Of a DNA stretch of 51,750 nt, positions 36,586 to 45,031 are shown one piece after another. A model generated the notes under the pieces. The model was not told where the DNA came from. It did no database searches and saw nothing but the letters and a program-made list of their open reading frames with translations. A program made the translations under genes and the position numbers. Origin of the DNA: Nitrosomonadaceae bacterium (GTDB lineage: Bacteria > Pseudomonadota > Gammaproteobacteria > Burkholderiales > Usitatibacteraceae); NCBI GenBank assembly GCA_021300055.1, contig JAJTHU010000035.1:1-51750 (forward strand), given 5' to 3'. Within the stretch, counting starts at the first letter, position 1; each line of letters begins with the position of its first letter.

Positions 36586-37266
36586 ATGAATCCACCGTTG
36601 GTCGAGATCCGCAATCTCGTCAAGACGTACACACGTGGCGACCAGGCCGTGCCGGTGCTACGTGATATCTCGCTCAACATCGAGCGTGGCGACTTCATCT
36701 CGCTGATGGGACCGTCCGGGTCAGGCAAATCAACCTTGCTCAATCTTATCGCCGGCATCGACAAGCCAACGGCGGGCATTCTGCGCATTGATGGTGAGGA
36801 CATCTCCAAGCTTACAGAAGGTGAGCTTGCTGATTGGCGCGCCTCCAACATCGGCTTTATCTTCCAGTTCTACAACCTCATGCCGGTGTTAACTGCCTAT
36901 GAGAACGTCGAACTGCCATTGCTTCTCACCAATCTCTCCAAAGCTGAGCGGCGTGAGCGCATCGAAATGACGCTTGGCATGGTCGGTCTCACCGAGCGTA
37001 TGGATCACTACCCGAACGAGCTCTCGGGTGGGCAACAACAGCGTGTTGCCATTGCACGCGCCATCGTCACCGACCCGACCATCTTGGTCTGCGATGAACC
37101 GACCGGTGATCTAGACAAACAGTCTGCGACGGACGTGCTCAATATGCTCAAGGAACTGAACGATCGTTTGGGCAAAACCATCATCATGGTAACGCACGAC
37201 GCGCATGCGGCCGAAGCAGCGAGGCGCATGGTCCATCTCGAGAAGGGTGAGTTGCTCGACGGCTGA
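36586..37266 (+). CDS. ABC transporter ATP-binding protein (MacB/LolD-type)
   Basis: Walker [11 protein letters not shown]-loop, signature [14 protein letters not shown], and Walker [13 protein letters not shown]. Start at ATG 36586; the ORF-track 36388 start overlaps the preceding gene. Confidence 0.9.
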   Translation: MNPPLVEIRNLVKTYTRGDQAVPVLRDISLNIERGDFISLMGPSGSGKSTLLNLIAGIDKPTAGILRIDGEDISKLTEGELADWRASNIGFIFQFYNLMPVLTAYENVELPLLLTNLSKAERRERIEMTLGMVGLTERMDHYPNELSGGQQQRVAIARAIVTDPTILVCDEPTGDLDKQSATDVLNMLKELNDRLGKTIIMVTHDAHAAEAARRMVHLEKGELLDG

Positions 37267-37282
37267 GCACAATCCGCGCCCC

Positions 37283-38443
37283 ATGTACTTCCTAAAGCTG
37301 ATTTTCAAGAACGTCTTTCGCGCCAAGCTGCGTACGCTGCTCACGTTGTCTGGCTTGGTGGTCGCCATCGTGGCGTTCGGGCTTTTGCAAACCGTCGTGG
37401 GCGCCTGGTTTGCGGGCGCAAATGCTTCTTCCGATGCGCGTTTGGTCACGCGCAACGCCATATCGCTCGTGTTCCCAATGCCGACCTACTATCGCGAGCG
37501 CATTCGCTCGATTGAAGGCGTCAAGCTAGTCAGCTACTCGCAGTGGTTCGGTGGCATCTATAAAGAGCCGCAGAATTTCTTTCCGCAGTTTGCCGTTGAC
37601 CACAACACCTACTTCGACATCTATCGCGAGTTCATCGTCCCGCCGGAGCAGTTACTAGCATTCAAGCGAGACCGTCAGGGCGCACTTGTGGGCCGCAAGC
37701 TCGCCGAGCAGTTCGGTTGGAAAGTGGGCGACGTCATTCCGATTCGCGGCACCATCTTTCCGGGCACGTGGCAGTTCACTATCCGCGGCATCTTTGATGG
37801 CAAGGATGAAACCACCATCACGCGGCAGTTCTTCATGCAGTGGGAGTACATCAACGAGGACATCAAGCGTCGCTTTCCGCGGCGCGGCGACCAGATTGGT
37901 GTGTTCAATATTTTGATCGACGACCCAAGCCGAGCGGCGGATGTGGCCAAGGCAATCGATACCGAGTTTCGCAATTCGCTTGCCGAGACGCTCACCGAAA
38001 CCGAGAAGGCATTTCAGCTTGGCTTCGTCGCGCAGTCAGAGGCGATTGTCATTGCGATCCGGATCGTCTCGTTCGTCGTGATCTTTATCATCATGGCCGT
38101 GGTTGCCAATACGATGGCGATGACAGCACGCGAACGCATTGCAGAGTACGCAACGCTAAAGGCGCTTGGCTTCTCGCCCGGTTATGTCGCCGCACTTATC
38201 TTCGGCGAAGCCATGGTGCTTTCCCTAGTTGGTGCCGGTGTCGGCATCTTGCTCACCTTTCCGATCGCTAGCGCCTTTGCTGCATCGCCTGCTGGTGCAG
38301 CTTTTGCGGTGTTTCGTCTGACACCAGAGACCGTGGGGCTGCAAGTCGTCTGCGCGCTCATTGTGGGCGTCGTGGCTGCGCTGGTGCCAGGTTGGCGCAG
38401 CGCGCGTGTAAAGATTGTTGACGGCCTTCGGCACGTCGGATGA
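37283..38443 (+). CDS. ABC transporter permease (FtsX/MacB-type, 4 TM with periplasmic domain)
   Basis: TM1 ([18 protein letters not shown]), a periplasmic domain of about 220 aa, then a C-terminal FtsX 3-TM bundle ([14 protein letters not shown]). Start at ATG 37283. Confidence 0.85.
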   Translation: MYFLKLIFKNVFRAKLRTLLTLSGLVVAIVAFGLLQTVVGAWFAGANASSDARLVTRNAISLVFPMPTYYRERIRSIEGVKLVSYSQWFGGIYKEPQNFFPQFAVDHNTYFDIYREFIVPPEQLLAFKRDRQGALVGRKLAEQFGWKVGDVIPIRGTIFPGTWQFTIRGIFDGKDETTITRQFFMQWEYINEDIKRRFPRRGDQIGVFNILIDDPSRAADVAKAIDTEFRNSLAETLTETEKAFQLGFVAQSEAIVIAIRIVSFVVIFIIMAVVANTMAMTARERIAEYATLKALGFSPGYVAALIFGEAMVLSLVGAGVGILLTFPIASAFAASPAGAAFAVFRLTPETVGLQVVCALIVGVVAALVPGWRSARVKIVDGLRHVG

Positions 38444-39615
38444 TCGCGATGAAGATACCGTTCTCCTATATCTTCCGTAACTTGTGGACGCGCAAGCTCA
38501 CCACGTTCCTTACCGCTAGCGGGATGGCGCTGGTGGTGTTCGTGTTCGCTGCGGTGCTGATGCTCGACGCCGGCCTTAAGAAAACCATGGTCGGCACCGG
38601 CAGCCTCGACAACGTCCTGCTCATTCGCGCCGGGTCAGAGACCGAGATCCAGAGTGGCGTTTCGCGAGAGCAAGCCGCGCTCATTGAGGCGCTACCGCAA
38701 GTTGCGCGCTCACAGACCGGCGATCCGATGATTTCCAAAGAATCGATGGTGCTTATTTCGCTGGTCAAGAGCGGTCAAGACAAAGGCTCAAACGTCGTCA
38801 CCCGCGGTGTGTCGCCGATGGGTCTCGAGTTGCGTCCACAAGTGCGGATGATTGAGGGGCGCATGTTCCGTCCGGGCTCGTCTGAACTGGTCGTGGGTCG
38901 AAGCATCAATCGCGAGTTCGACGGCGCGCAGATTGGTCAGACGATTCGCTTTGCACAACGCGAGTGGACCATCGTCGGCGTATTCGATGCGGGGAACAGC
39001 GCGTTCGATTCCGAAATCTGGGGCGACGTTGAGCAACTCATGCAAGCCTTTCGGCGTCTGAATTACTCGTCAACCCTCATCAAGCTCGCCAGCAGTGATC
39101 GCTACGACTCGATGGTTGCGGACGTGAAGGCCGACGTTCGCCTCACCCTAGATGCAAAACGCGAGCAGCTGTTTTACGAAGATCAGTCGCGCGCGCTCTC
39201 AGCGTTCATCACCATCTTGGGTAACGTGCTGACCGTGATCTTCTCTATCGGTGCGATGATTGGTGCGGCGATCACCATGTATTCATCGGTCGCGATGCGT
39301 ACCGCAGAAATCGGCACGTTGCGCGCGCTTGGCTTCCGCCGCCCATCCATCCTTGCTGCATTCCTGAGCGAATCGTTAATGCTTGGGCTTGTCGGCGGCG
39401 TCGTTGGATTGTTTTTTGCCACCTTCCTTCAAGCGATCACCATTTCCACGCTGAATTTCCAGTCGTTCTCGCAGCTGGCGTTTTCGTTCACGCTCACGCC
39501 AAAAATCGTAGTCATTACACTCATCTTCGCGATGGTAATGGGCTTCGTCGGCGGCTTCTTACCGGCCCTGCGCGCATCGAGGATGAGGATCGTCGACTCG
39601 TTACGCGCCGCCTAA
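38440..39615 (+). CDS. ABC transporter permease (FtsX/MacB-type), second paralogous subunit
   Basis: Same architecture as the preceding gene (IGTLRALGFRRPSIL). There is an ATGA overlap with it. Confidence 0.85.
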   Translation: MIAMKIPFSYIFRNLWTRKLTTFLTASGMALVVFVFAAVLMLDAGLKKTMVGTGSLDNVLLIRAGSETEIQSGVSREQAALIEALPQVARSQTGDPMISKESMVLISLVKSGQDKGSNVVTRGVSPMGLELRPQVRMIEGRMFRPGSSELVVGRSINREFDGAQIGQTIRFAQREWTIVGVFDAGNSAFDSEIWGDVEQLMQAFRRLNYSSTLIKLASSDRYDSMVADVKADVRLTLDAKREQLFYEDQSRALSAFITILGNVLTVIFSIGAMIGAAITMYSSVAMRTAEIGTLRALGFRRPSILAAFLSESLMLGLVGGVVGLFFATFLQAITISTLNFQSFSQLAFSFTLTPKIVVITLIFAMVMGFVGGFLPALRASRMRIVDSLRAA

Positions 39616-39626
39616 AGTCTAGTATC

Positions 39627-39665
39627 GGCGCGCTTTGTTAGGAAAATGCTTGAAAACGCCCGCCA
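39627..39665 (+). repeat. Intergenic hairpin repeat, copy 3 (core TGAAAACGCCCGCCA at 39651-39665)
   Basis: The 15-nt core is identical to copy 1. The left arm is degenerate. An alternative hairpin GCTTGAAAAC/GTTTTCTGGC spans 39648-39683. It lies between convergent genes. Confidence 0.55.
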
Positions 39666-39684
39666 CTGCTAGGGTTTTCTGGCG

Positions 39685-40068
39685 CTAGCCAGCCATCTGC
39701 ATGGGAATGCTCGTCTGCTTCGTCTTGATGCGGTTCTGTGCATCCACATACACCAACGCAGGTTGGTACGCGTTGAGCTCAACCTCGTTGTACGCGGCGT
39801 AGCTGGCGATGATCAGCAAATCGCCAGGCGCCGCAAGGCGTGCGGCGGCCCCGTTCACGCTGATGATGCCGCTGTTGCGCTCAGCCGAGATGGCGTAGGT
39901 CGTGAAGCGCTGCCCATTGTTTACGTTGTAGATATCGATTTGCTGGTATTCACGAATATCTGCCGCGTCCAGCAAGGTCTGATCGATGGCGCACGAACCC
40001 TCGTAGTGAACTTCACAGTGCGTGCAGGTCGCGCGGTGAATCTTGGACTTCAGCATAGTGCGTTGCAT
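39685..40068 (-). CDS. panD: aspartate 1-decarboxylase (pyruvoyl-dependent)
   Basis: [30 protein letters not shown] carries the Gly-Ser self-cleavage site in YEGSCAID and is collinear with E. coli PanD. A second in-frame ATG lies at 40071. Confidence 0.9.
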   Translation of the reverse strand: MQRTMLKSKIHRATCTHCEVHYEGSCAIDQTLLDAADIREYQQIDIYNVNNGQRFTTYAISAERNSGIISVNGAAARLAAPGDLLIIASYAAYNEVELNAYQPALVYVDAQNRIKTKQTSIPMQMAG

Positions 40069-40183
40069 CACGGCAATCTCTCAGTGGAAAACTGACGGAG
40101 CAGCAGTGTAGTGATACGACTTAGACGGCGCACTCTAATTCGGTCTGCGTGGGACGACTGCCCGAAAGAGTCGGCCGACCGCG

Positions 40184-41026
40184 CTAGCCCGTCACTTCCA
40201 AGTTATCGATGAGGCGTGTGCTGCCGAGGCGGGCCGCCGCAAGCACGACGAGCCCTTGATCGCCCGGCTGCGCAACGGCTAAATCCTGCCGGCGTCGAAT
40301 GGCCACATAGTCCGGTAGCCATCCGCGCTGACGAAGCCGTGTTTCGGCGTCTCGCTCAAGCACACGAAAATCTGCGTTGGGCGCTTCTCTAACGAATGCC
40401 GCTACCGAGACAAGCTCTCGGTACAGCGCAGGCGCTTCAGCGCGCTCAGCTTCACTCAGGTAGCCATTGCGTGAGGAAAGCGCCAGCCCGTCTTGCGCGC
40501 GAACCGTTTCGCCGAACACCATCTTGATGCCTAGGTTCAACTGCTGAACCATGCCATCGAGTACGCGACATTGTTGGTAATCCTTCTTCCCAAATACCGC
40601 GACGCTGGGTTGGACGATGTTGAAGAGCTTCAGCACGACAGTCGCCACCCCACGAAAGTGCCCCGGTCTAACGGCACCATCGAGCTCGTGCTGAATCGCC
40701 GGTGGCTCGACCATGTAGCCCTGCGGGACAGGGTACAACTCAGATTCTGGCGGCGCGAAGACGATATCCACCCCTGCGGCACGACACTTGTCGCAGTCCT
40801 GTTCAAACGTGCGCGGGTAACGATCAAAGTCCTCGCGCGGACCAAACTGTAACCGGTTCACAAAGATCGACATGATGACGAGACCATCAGGCCCCACCTC
40901 GCGACGTGCGATACGCGTGAGGTCGATATGACCGTCATGCAGATTGCCCATGGTGGGAACAAAGCCGCGCCTGTCATGGCCGCGCATTGCCGCGCGCAGT
41001 TCTGAAATGGACTCAATGACTCGCAT
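40184..41026 (-). CDS. panC: pantoate--beta-alanine ligase
   Basis: [10 protein letters not shown] (HxGH-like), [15 protein letters not shown]. Confidence 0.9.
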   Translation of the reverse strand: MRVIESISELRAAMRGHDRRGFVPTMGNLHDGHIDLTRIARREVGPDGLVIMSIFVNRLQFGPREDFDRYPRTFEQDCDKCRAAGVDIVFAPPESELYPVPQGYMVEPPAIQHELDGAVRPGHFRGVATVVLKLFNIVQPSVAVFGKKDYQQCRVLDGMVQQLNLGIKMVFGETVRAQDGLALSSRNGYLSEAERAEAPALYRELVSVAAFVREAPNADFRVLERDAETRLRQRGWLPDYVAIRRRQDLAVAQPGDQGLVVLAAARLGSTRLIDNLEVTG

Positions 41027-41033
41027 CGCAGAC

Positions 41034-41663
41034 CTACGCAGCGTTCATGTACTCTTTGCCGCCGCGGATAGACTCGATACGGCGCAGCAAGATGTCAAAG
41101 TGCGAGGGGTCATCCGCAAAGTTGAGCCGATCGCTATTGACGATCAACAGCGGCGACTCATCGTAGTCGTAGAAGTACTGTGTGTAAGCGTCGGAGAGCT
41201 TTGCTAAATACTCCGCCGAAATGTTGCGCTCCATACCGCGGCCGCGTCGTTGAATGCGCGCCAATAGCTGATCGACTGATGCCTGCAGATAAATGACTAA
41301 GTCCGGCGTTGCTGCCTGCGGGCGAAGGTGGTTGTAGAGCTGCAAGTACAACTGAAATTCGTTGTCGTCGAGCGTGAGCTTGGCGAACAAGGTGTCTTTG
41401 GCGAGCATGTAGTCGGCAAAGGTCTTCCCCTCAAACAAGTCAGGCTGCTTGATTTCGGAAAGCTGATTCACACGTTGAAACAGAAAGAACATCTGCGTCG
41501 ACAGCGCGTAACGCTTCATGTCGCGATAGAACAGCGGCAGGAATGGATTTTGCGACGGATCTTCAAGAATCAAGTTGCCGCTATAGCGCTCCGAGAGCAG
41601 GCGCGCCAGTGTCGACTTACCGCTGCCGATCGGCCCTTCCACCACTACATAGCGGTGCTTCAT
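41034..41663 (-). CDS. deoxynucleoside kinase (bacterial dAK/dGK type)
   Basis: P-loop [43 protein letters not shown] and [13 protein letters not shown] are collinear by eye with B. subtilis Dgk (EDNPYLDKFY...MFFL..R, IADYHIYKNVIFA). There is an ATGA overlap with the folK stop. Confidence 0.78.
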   Translation of the reverse strand: MKHRYVVVEGPIGSGKSTLARLLSERYSGNLILEDPSQNPFLPLFYRDMKRYALSTQMFFLFQRVNQLSEIKQPDLFEGKTFADYMLAKDTLFAKLTLDDNEFQLYLQLYNHLRPQAATPDLVIYLQASVDQLLARIQRRGRGMERNISAEYLAKLSDAYTQYFYDYDESPLLIVNSDRLNFADDPSHFDILLRRIESIRGGKEYMNAA

Positions 41664-42211
41664 GATGCCCTCAGTCCAATAGCAGGTGCGGCCTCTAGGC
41701 GCCGGATGCCCTGCCCGGCAACACCATTAAGCTTCTCGCTTGCCTTGCCAATACCGGGAATAACCAACGCCTCGTTTATTTCCAGGAGTGGTAGAAGCGT
41801 AAATGCACGCTCGTGCACGCGCGGGTGCGGCACCACGAGCCCTGGCTCGGCGATCATGTCCTCACCAAATAGAAGGATATCGAGGTCGAGCGTTCGTGGC
41901 CCATTGCGCTCCGCGCGGACGCGCGCGTGCCGCGCTTCGATGTCGAGCAAGTGCGCCAGCAACGTCCGAGGAGTGAGTCGTGTCTGCACCAGCACCACTG
42001 CGTTCACGAAGCTAGGCTGCGCGGTGATCCCAACGGGCGCGGTTTCATACAAAGAGGAACACCGTTCCACGCGCAAGTCTGGGATCTCGCCGATCTCGCT
42101 GAGCGCGCGCTGCACTTGCGCGATTGGATCAGCTAAGTTACTGCCGAGGCCGATATACGCCGCTTGCCAGCCTACGTGCGACTCTGGCGCCCACATCAAG
42201 ACCGCACTCAT
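41660..42211 (-). CDS. folK: 2-amino-4-hydroxy-6-hydroxymethyldihydropteridine diphosphokinase
   Basis: YIGLGSNL..P, FVNAVV, RTLDLDILL, PHPR. There is an ATGA overlap with the pcnB stop at 42208-42211. Confidence 0.85.
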   Translation of the reverse strand: MSAVLMWAPESHVGWQAAYIGLGSNLADPIAQVQRALSEIGEIPDLRVERCSSLYETAPVGITAQPSFVNAVVLVQTRLTPRTLLAHLLDIEARHARVRAERNGPRTLDLDILLFGEDMIAEPGLVVPHPRVHERAFTLLPLLEINEALVIPGIGKASEKLNGVAGQGIRRLEAAPAIGLRAS

Positions 42212-43629
42212 GTTGGCAACTGCCCATTCGTCGAGCTATCGGAATCAACGCCATCGTCACGTGCATCGCTCGCCGCGTCAGTATGCGCGCCACCACTCGT
42301 CTTGCCTCCACGCTTGCGGCGGCGCTTTTTCTTGGGCCCGTCATCGCTGAGGTACATCGCTTCGCGCGCATCGTCATCCACGGATTGAAGCGCAGTCCAC
42401 CACTCTGCAATCTCAACTGAAGCATCGCCCGCCTCAGCGCGCAGCACATAGAAATCGTAACAAGCGCGAAAACGCGGATGGGTGAGCAGACGCATCGCCT
42501 TAGCTTTTGATCGCTGCTCGAAGCGCGATTGCGCCAGCCACAACTCCTTGACGTTGCCATCCAGTCTGCGCGGGATAGCCAAGGTCTTTCGCTGGCGCTC
42601 GAGTGTTTGATCCATCGCCTCGTGCAGCGCCGCTAGAGGACGGGCGCCCTTCGCCTCGAGTTCTCGAGCACGCGCGCACATCGGGAACCAAAACAGCGCC
42701 GCGAACAAAAATGCCGGTGAAACGCCTTTGTCTGCTTGGATGCGCTCGTCGGTGCGCTGCAGCGCAAGTGTCGAAAACTTGGCGCTCTCTGGCGCGCGGA
42801 GCACTTCATCAAGCGCGGGCAACAAGATCGTGTGCAGCCCCAGCGAGCGCAGCCGAGAAATGCACTCAAGCGCGTGCCCCGACAACAGCAACTTGAGCAT
42901 TTCGTCGAACAACCGCGCCTCGGGTACGTTGCTCAACAATCCGCGCAACTCCGCGATCGGCTTTTCTGTTGCCGGATCGATACTGAAACCAAGCTTTCCG
43001 GCGAGGCGCGCCGCACGTAGCATGCGCACGGGGTCCTCGCGGTAGCGTGCTTCGGGATCGCCAATCATCACCACGCGCTTTTTGCGAATGTCGTTGACGC
43101 CATCCACGTAATCCCAAACTTCTTCTGCCTCAGGGTCATAAAACAGCGCATTCATGGTGAAGTCGCGGCGGATCGCGTCGTCGGCTTGGCTGCCATAGAC
43201 ATTGTCGCGCAGCAATCGACCATGCTCATCGGTGTTGGCACTGTCCTCGTCACTGGACGCATTGTGAGCAGCACGAAACGTTGAAACTTCGATCGTCTCT
43301 TGTCCGAACATCACGTGTACCAAACGGAAGCGCCGACCAATGATGCGCGAACGTCGAAACACACCTCGCACTTGTTCGGGCGTTGCATCGGTTGCGACGT
43401 CAAAGTCTTTGGGATGGCGTGCCAGCAACAGGTCGCGCACAGCACCACCAACCACAAACGCGCGGAATCCCGCGCGGTGAAGTTCCTCGCAGGTACGCAA
43501 TGCCGCATGCGAGATGTCGCGGCGATCAATGCCGTGGTCGCGCTTCGCGTAGCGTACCGGCTCGCGCGCCCCAGCGGGTTTGCTGCGTCGCCTCTTACCC
43601 AGAACCTTGTCAATGAAGCGCTTAATCAT
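42208..43629 (-). CDS. pcnB: poly(A) polymerase I (polynucleotide adenylyltransferase)
   Basis: GGAVRDLLLARHPKDFDVAT head domain with a basic C-terminal tail. Start placed at MIKRFIDKV (43629), which gives an ATGA overlap with the upstream HAD gene; the ORF track extends to 43650. Confidence 0.9.
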   Translation of the reverse strand: MIKRFIDKVLGKRRRSKPAGAREPVRYAKRDHGIDRRDISHAALRTCEELHRAGFRAFVVGGAVRDLLLARHPKDFDVATDATPEQVRGVFRRSRIIGRRFRLVHVMFGQETIEVSTFRAAHNASSDEDSANTDEHGRLLRDNVYGSQADDAIRRDFTMNALFYDPEAEEVWDYVDGVNDIRKKRVVMIGDPEARYREDPVRMLRAARLAGKLGFSIDPATEKPIAELRGLLSNVPEARLFDEMLKLLLSGHALECISRLRSLGLHTILLPALDEVLRAPESAKFSTLALQRTDERIQADKGVSPAFLFAALFWFPMCARARELEAKGARPLAALHEAMDQTLERQRKTLAIPRRLDGNVKELWLAQSRFEQRSKAKAMRLLTHPRFRACYDFYVLRAEAGDASVEIAEWWTALQSVDDDAREAMYLSDDGPKKKRRRKRGGKTSGGAHTDAASDARDDGVDSDSSTNGQLPT

Positions 43630-44282
43630 AGCGCCTCGAGTATGGGCCAACCGCGCTCACGCGCCACCGCGCGCAACCGCGTATCGGGTGAAACGACTAC
43701 TGGGTGAGTAACGCGCTGCAAGAGAGGCAAATCATTAAACGAGTCGCTGTAAAACCAGCTGCGTCGGAAGCTCTCGATGGTTTTGCCCGTCTCGGCGAGC
43801 CACGCTTCGACACGCTGAATCTTCCCTTCACGAAAACACATAACGCCTGTTGGGGCGCCCGTGTAACGACCATCGATTTTTTCCGCTTCGCTGCCGATCA
43901 GCATTTCGACGCCAAGGCGACGGGCGATTGGGCGCGTCACAAAGGTGTTCGTCGCCGTCACGATGGCGCTCAGGTCGTCAGCATGCCGCTTCACCAATTC
44001 GACGGCACCGGGCGTGATCATGGCGTCAATCTTGGCGAGCATGAAGCGACGGTGCAGCCCCTCTAACTCGGCGTCCGTTTTTCCCGCAATGGTTGCCAAC
44101 GCGAAGCGCAAGTAAGCGTCGAAGTCGATGGTGCCGTCTTTGTACTGCTCCCAAAATGCATTGTTGCGGCGCGTATGCTCGGCAGCGTCAACTAGGCCCT
44201 CGTCCGCTAGGAATTGCCCCCACGCGTGGTCGCTATCGCCATTTAGGAGTGTGTTGTCGAGGTCGAAAAGCGCAAGGTCCAT
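43626..44282 (-). CDS. HAD-IB family hydrolase (SerB-like phosphatase)
   Basis: Motif I FDLDNTL, motif II VTATN, and C-terminal SDSFNDLPLL. Confidence 0.8.
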   Translation of the reverse strand: MDLALFDLDNTLLNGDSDHAWGQFLADEGLVDAAEHTRRNNAFWEQYKDGTIDFDAYLRFALATIAGKTDAELEGLHRRFMLAKIDAMITPGAVELVKRHADDLSAIVTATNTFVTRPIARRLGVEMLIGSEAEKIDGRYTGAPTGVMCFREGKIQRVEAWLAETGKTIESFRRSWFYSDSFNDLPLLQRVTHPVVVSPDTRLRAVARERGWPILEAL

Positions 44283-44294
44283 CAGCGGGAATAC

Positions 44295-44912
44295 CTAAAT
44301 CAAATTGGGCTGCGGCATTTGCTTGAGCAGTGGCAGCGTGATTTCTCTGCCTGTTTCAAGCGAGTATCGGTCGAGTGCATCGAGGGTCGCAATCAAAGAT
44401 GGCATGTCGCGGCGCGAGTGCCGCAACAAGTACGCCACGACATCCTCATGCAGACGGAAGGCACGCGATGCGGCATGCGAACGCAACGCTGCTGCCTTCT
44501 CGTCGTCGGTCAGTGACTGAATCTGAAACACCAATCCGCTGCCAAGGCGACTACTCAACTCTGGCCGCAGCGGCAAAGCACGCGGCGCGGTGTCACCCGC
44601 GACTACCACTGCCGAATCCGACAAAAGAGCGCGCTCGTTGATTGCATTGAATAAACCAACCTGCGCCGCATCGTCCAAACGCTGCACGTTATCTTGGAGC
44701 AAAACGTTTGCGTCAGACCCGCGCATGGCTTCGATCAGGTGCGTTTTGCCGGCACCGGAGCTCCCCCATAGGTAGATCACTTTCGCGGGCTGCGGCGACA
44801 CGCCACTCGCAGCGTACAGAAGCGCGGCGAGCGCCTCTCCATTCCGACCCGCCACAAAATTGGCGAAGCTCGGCTGCGGTGGCGGGACAATTTCGAGAAC
44901 AAGCTGTTTCAC
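44295..44912 (-). CDS. hda: DnaA regulatory inactivator Hda
   Basis: QLVLEIVPPPQPSFANFVAG.N (the Hda N-terminus), Walker A GSSGAGKTHL, and a DnaA-like AAA+ box. Start placed at GTG 44912, because the ORF-track start (45068) would read through a terminator hairpin and into the TonB receptor gene. Confidence 0.8.
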   Translation of the reverse strand: MKQLVLEIVPPPQPSFANFVAGRNGEALAALLYAASGVSPQPAKVIYLWGSSGAGKTHLIEAMRGSDANVLLQDNVQRLDDAAQVGLFNAINERALLSDSAVVVAGDTAPRALPLRPELSSRLGSGLVFQIQSLTDDEKAAALRSHAASRAFRLHEDVVAYLLRHSRRDMPSLIATLDALDRYSLETGREITLPLLKQMPQPNLI

Positions 44913-44983
44913 GCAAAGATTATAAGGGTCGAAGGTGTATGTCTTGACCCGAGCGCCTGTGTGTTGCCGGGACCCACAAAAGC

Positions 44984-45009
44984 AAAACGGCCGGTTACCC
45001 GGCCGTTTT
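44984..45009 (-). terminator. Rho-independent terminator after the TonB-dependent receptor gene
   Basis: AAAACGGCCGG-TTAC-CCGGCCGTTTT is a perfect 11-bp stem. On the minus strand it is followed by GCTTTTGT. Confidence 0.75.
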
Positions 45010-45031
45010 GTCTTGCTGCATCCGCTTGGAA

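Noticed and set aside
39649-39655. CTTGAAA inside repeat copies (39649-39655 and 32913-32919) as a sigma-32 -35 element
   Set aside because: No CCCCAT-like -10 lies at the required spacing of 13-17 bp. Copy 3 lies between convergent gene ends, where a promoter makes little sense.
41034-41663. Suspicion that the dNK-like protein lacks the ERS catalytic motif and is therefore not a nucleoside kinase
   Set aside because: Re-alignment by eye with B. subtilis Dgk shows that bacterial dAK/dGK enzymes also carry ADY...K...FA at that position, so the protein conforms to the family.
41328-42350. A 340-aa ORF on the + strand spanning the dNK, folK and pcnB region
   Set aside because: It is antisense to three well-supported, translationally coupled genes. 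Its product is rich in R, S, A and P with no motifs, which is typical of a shadow ORF in GC-rich DNA.
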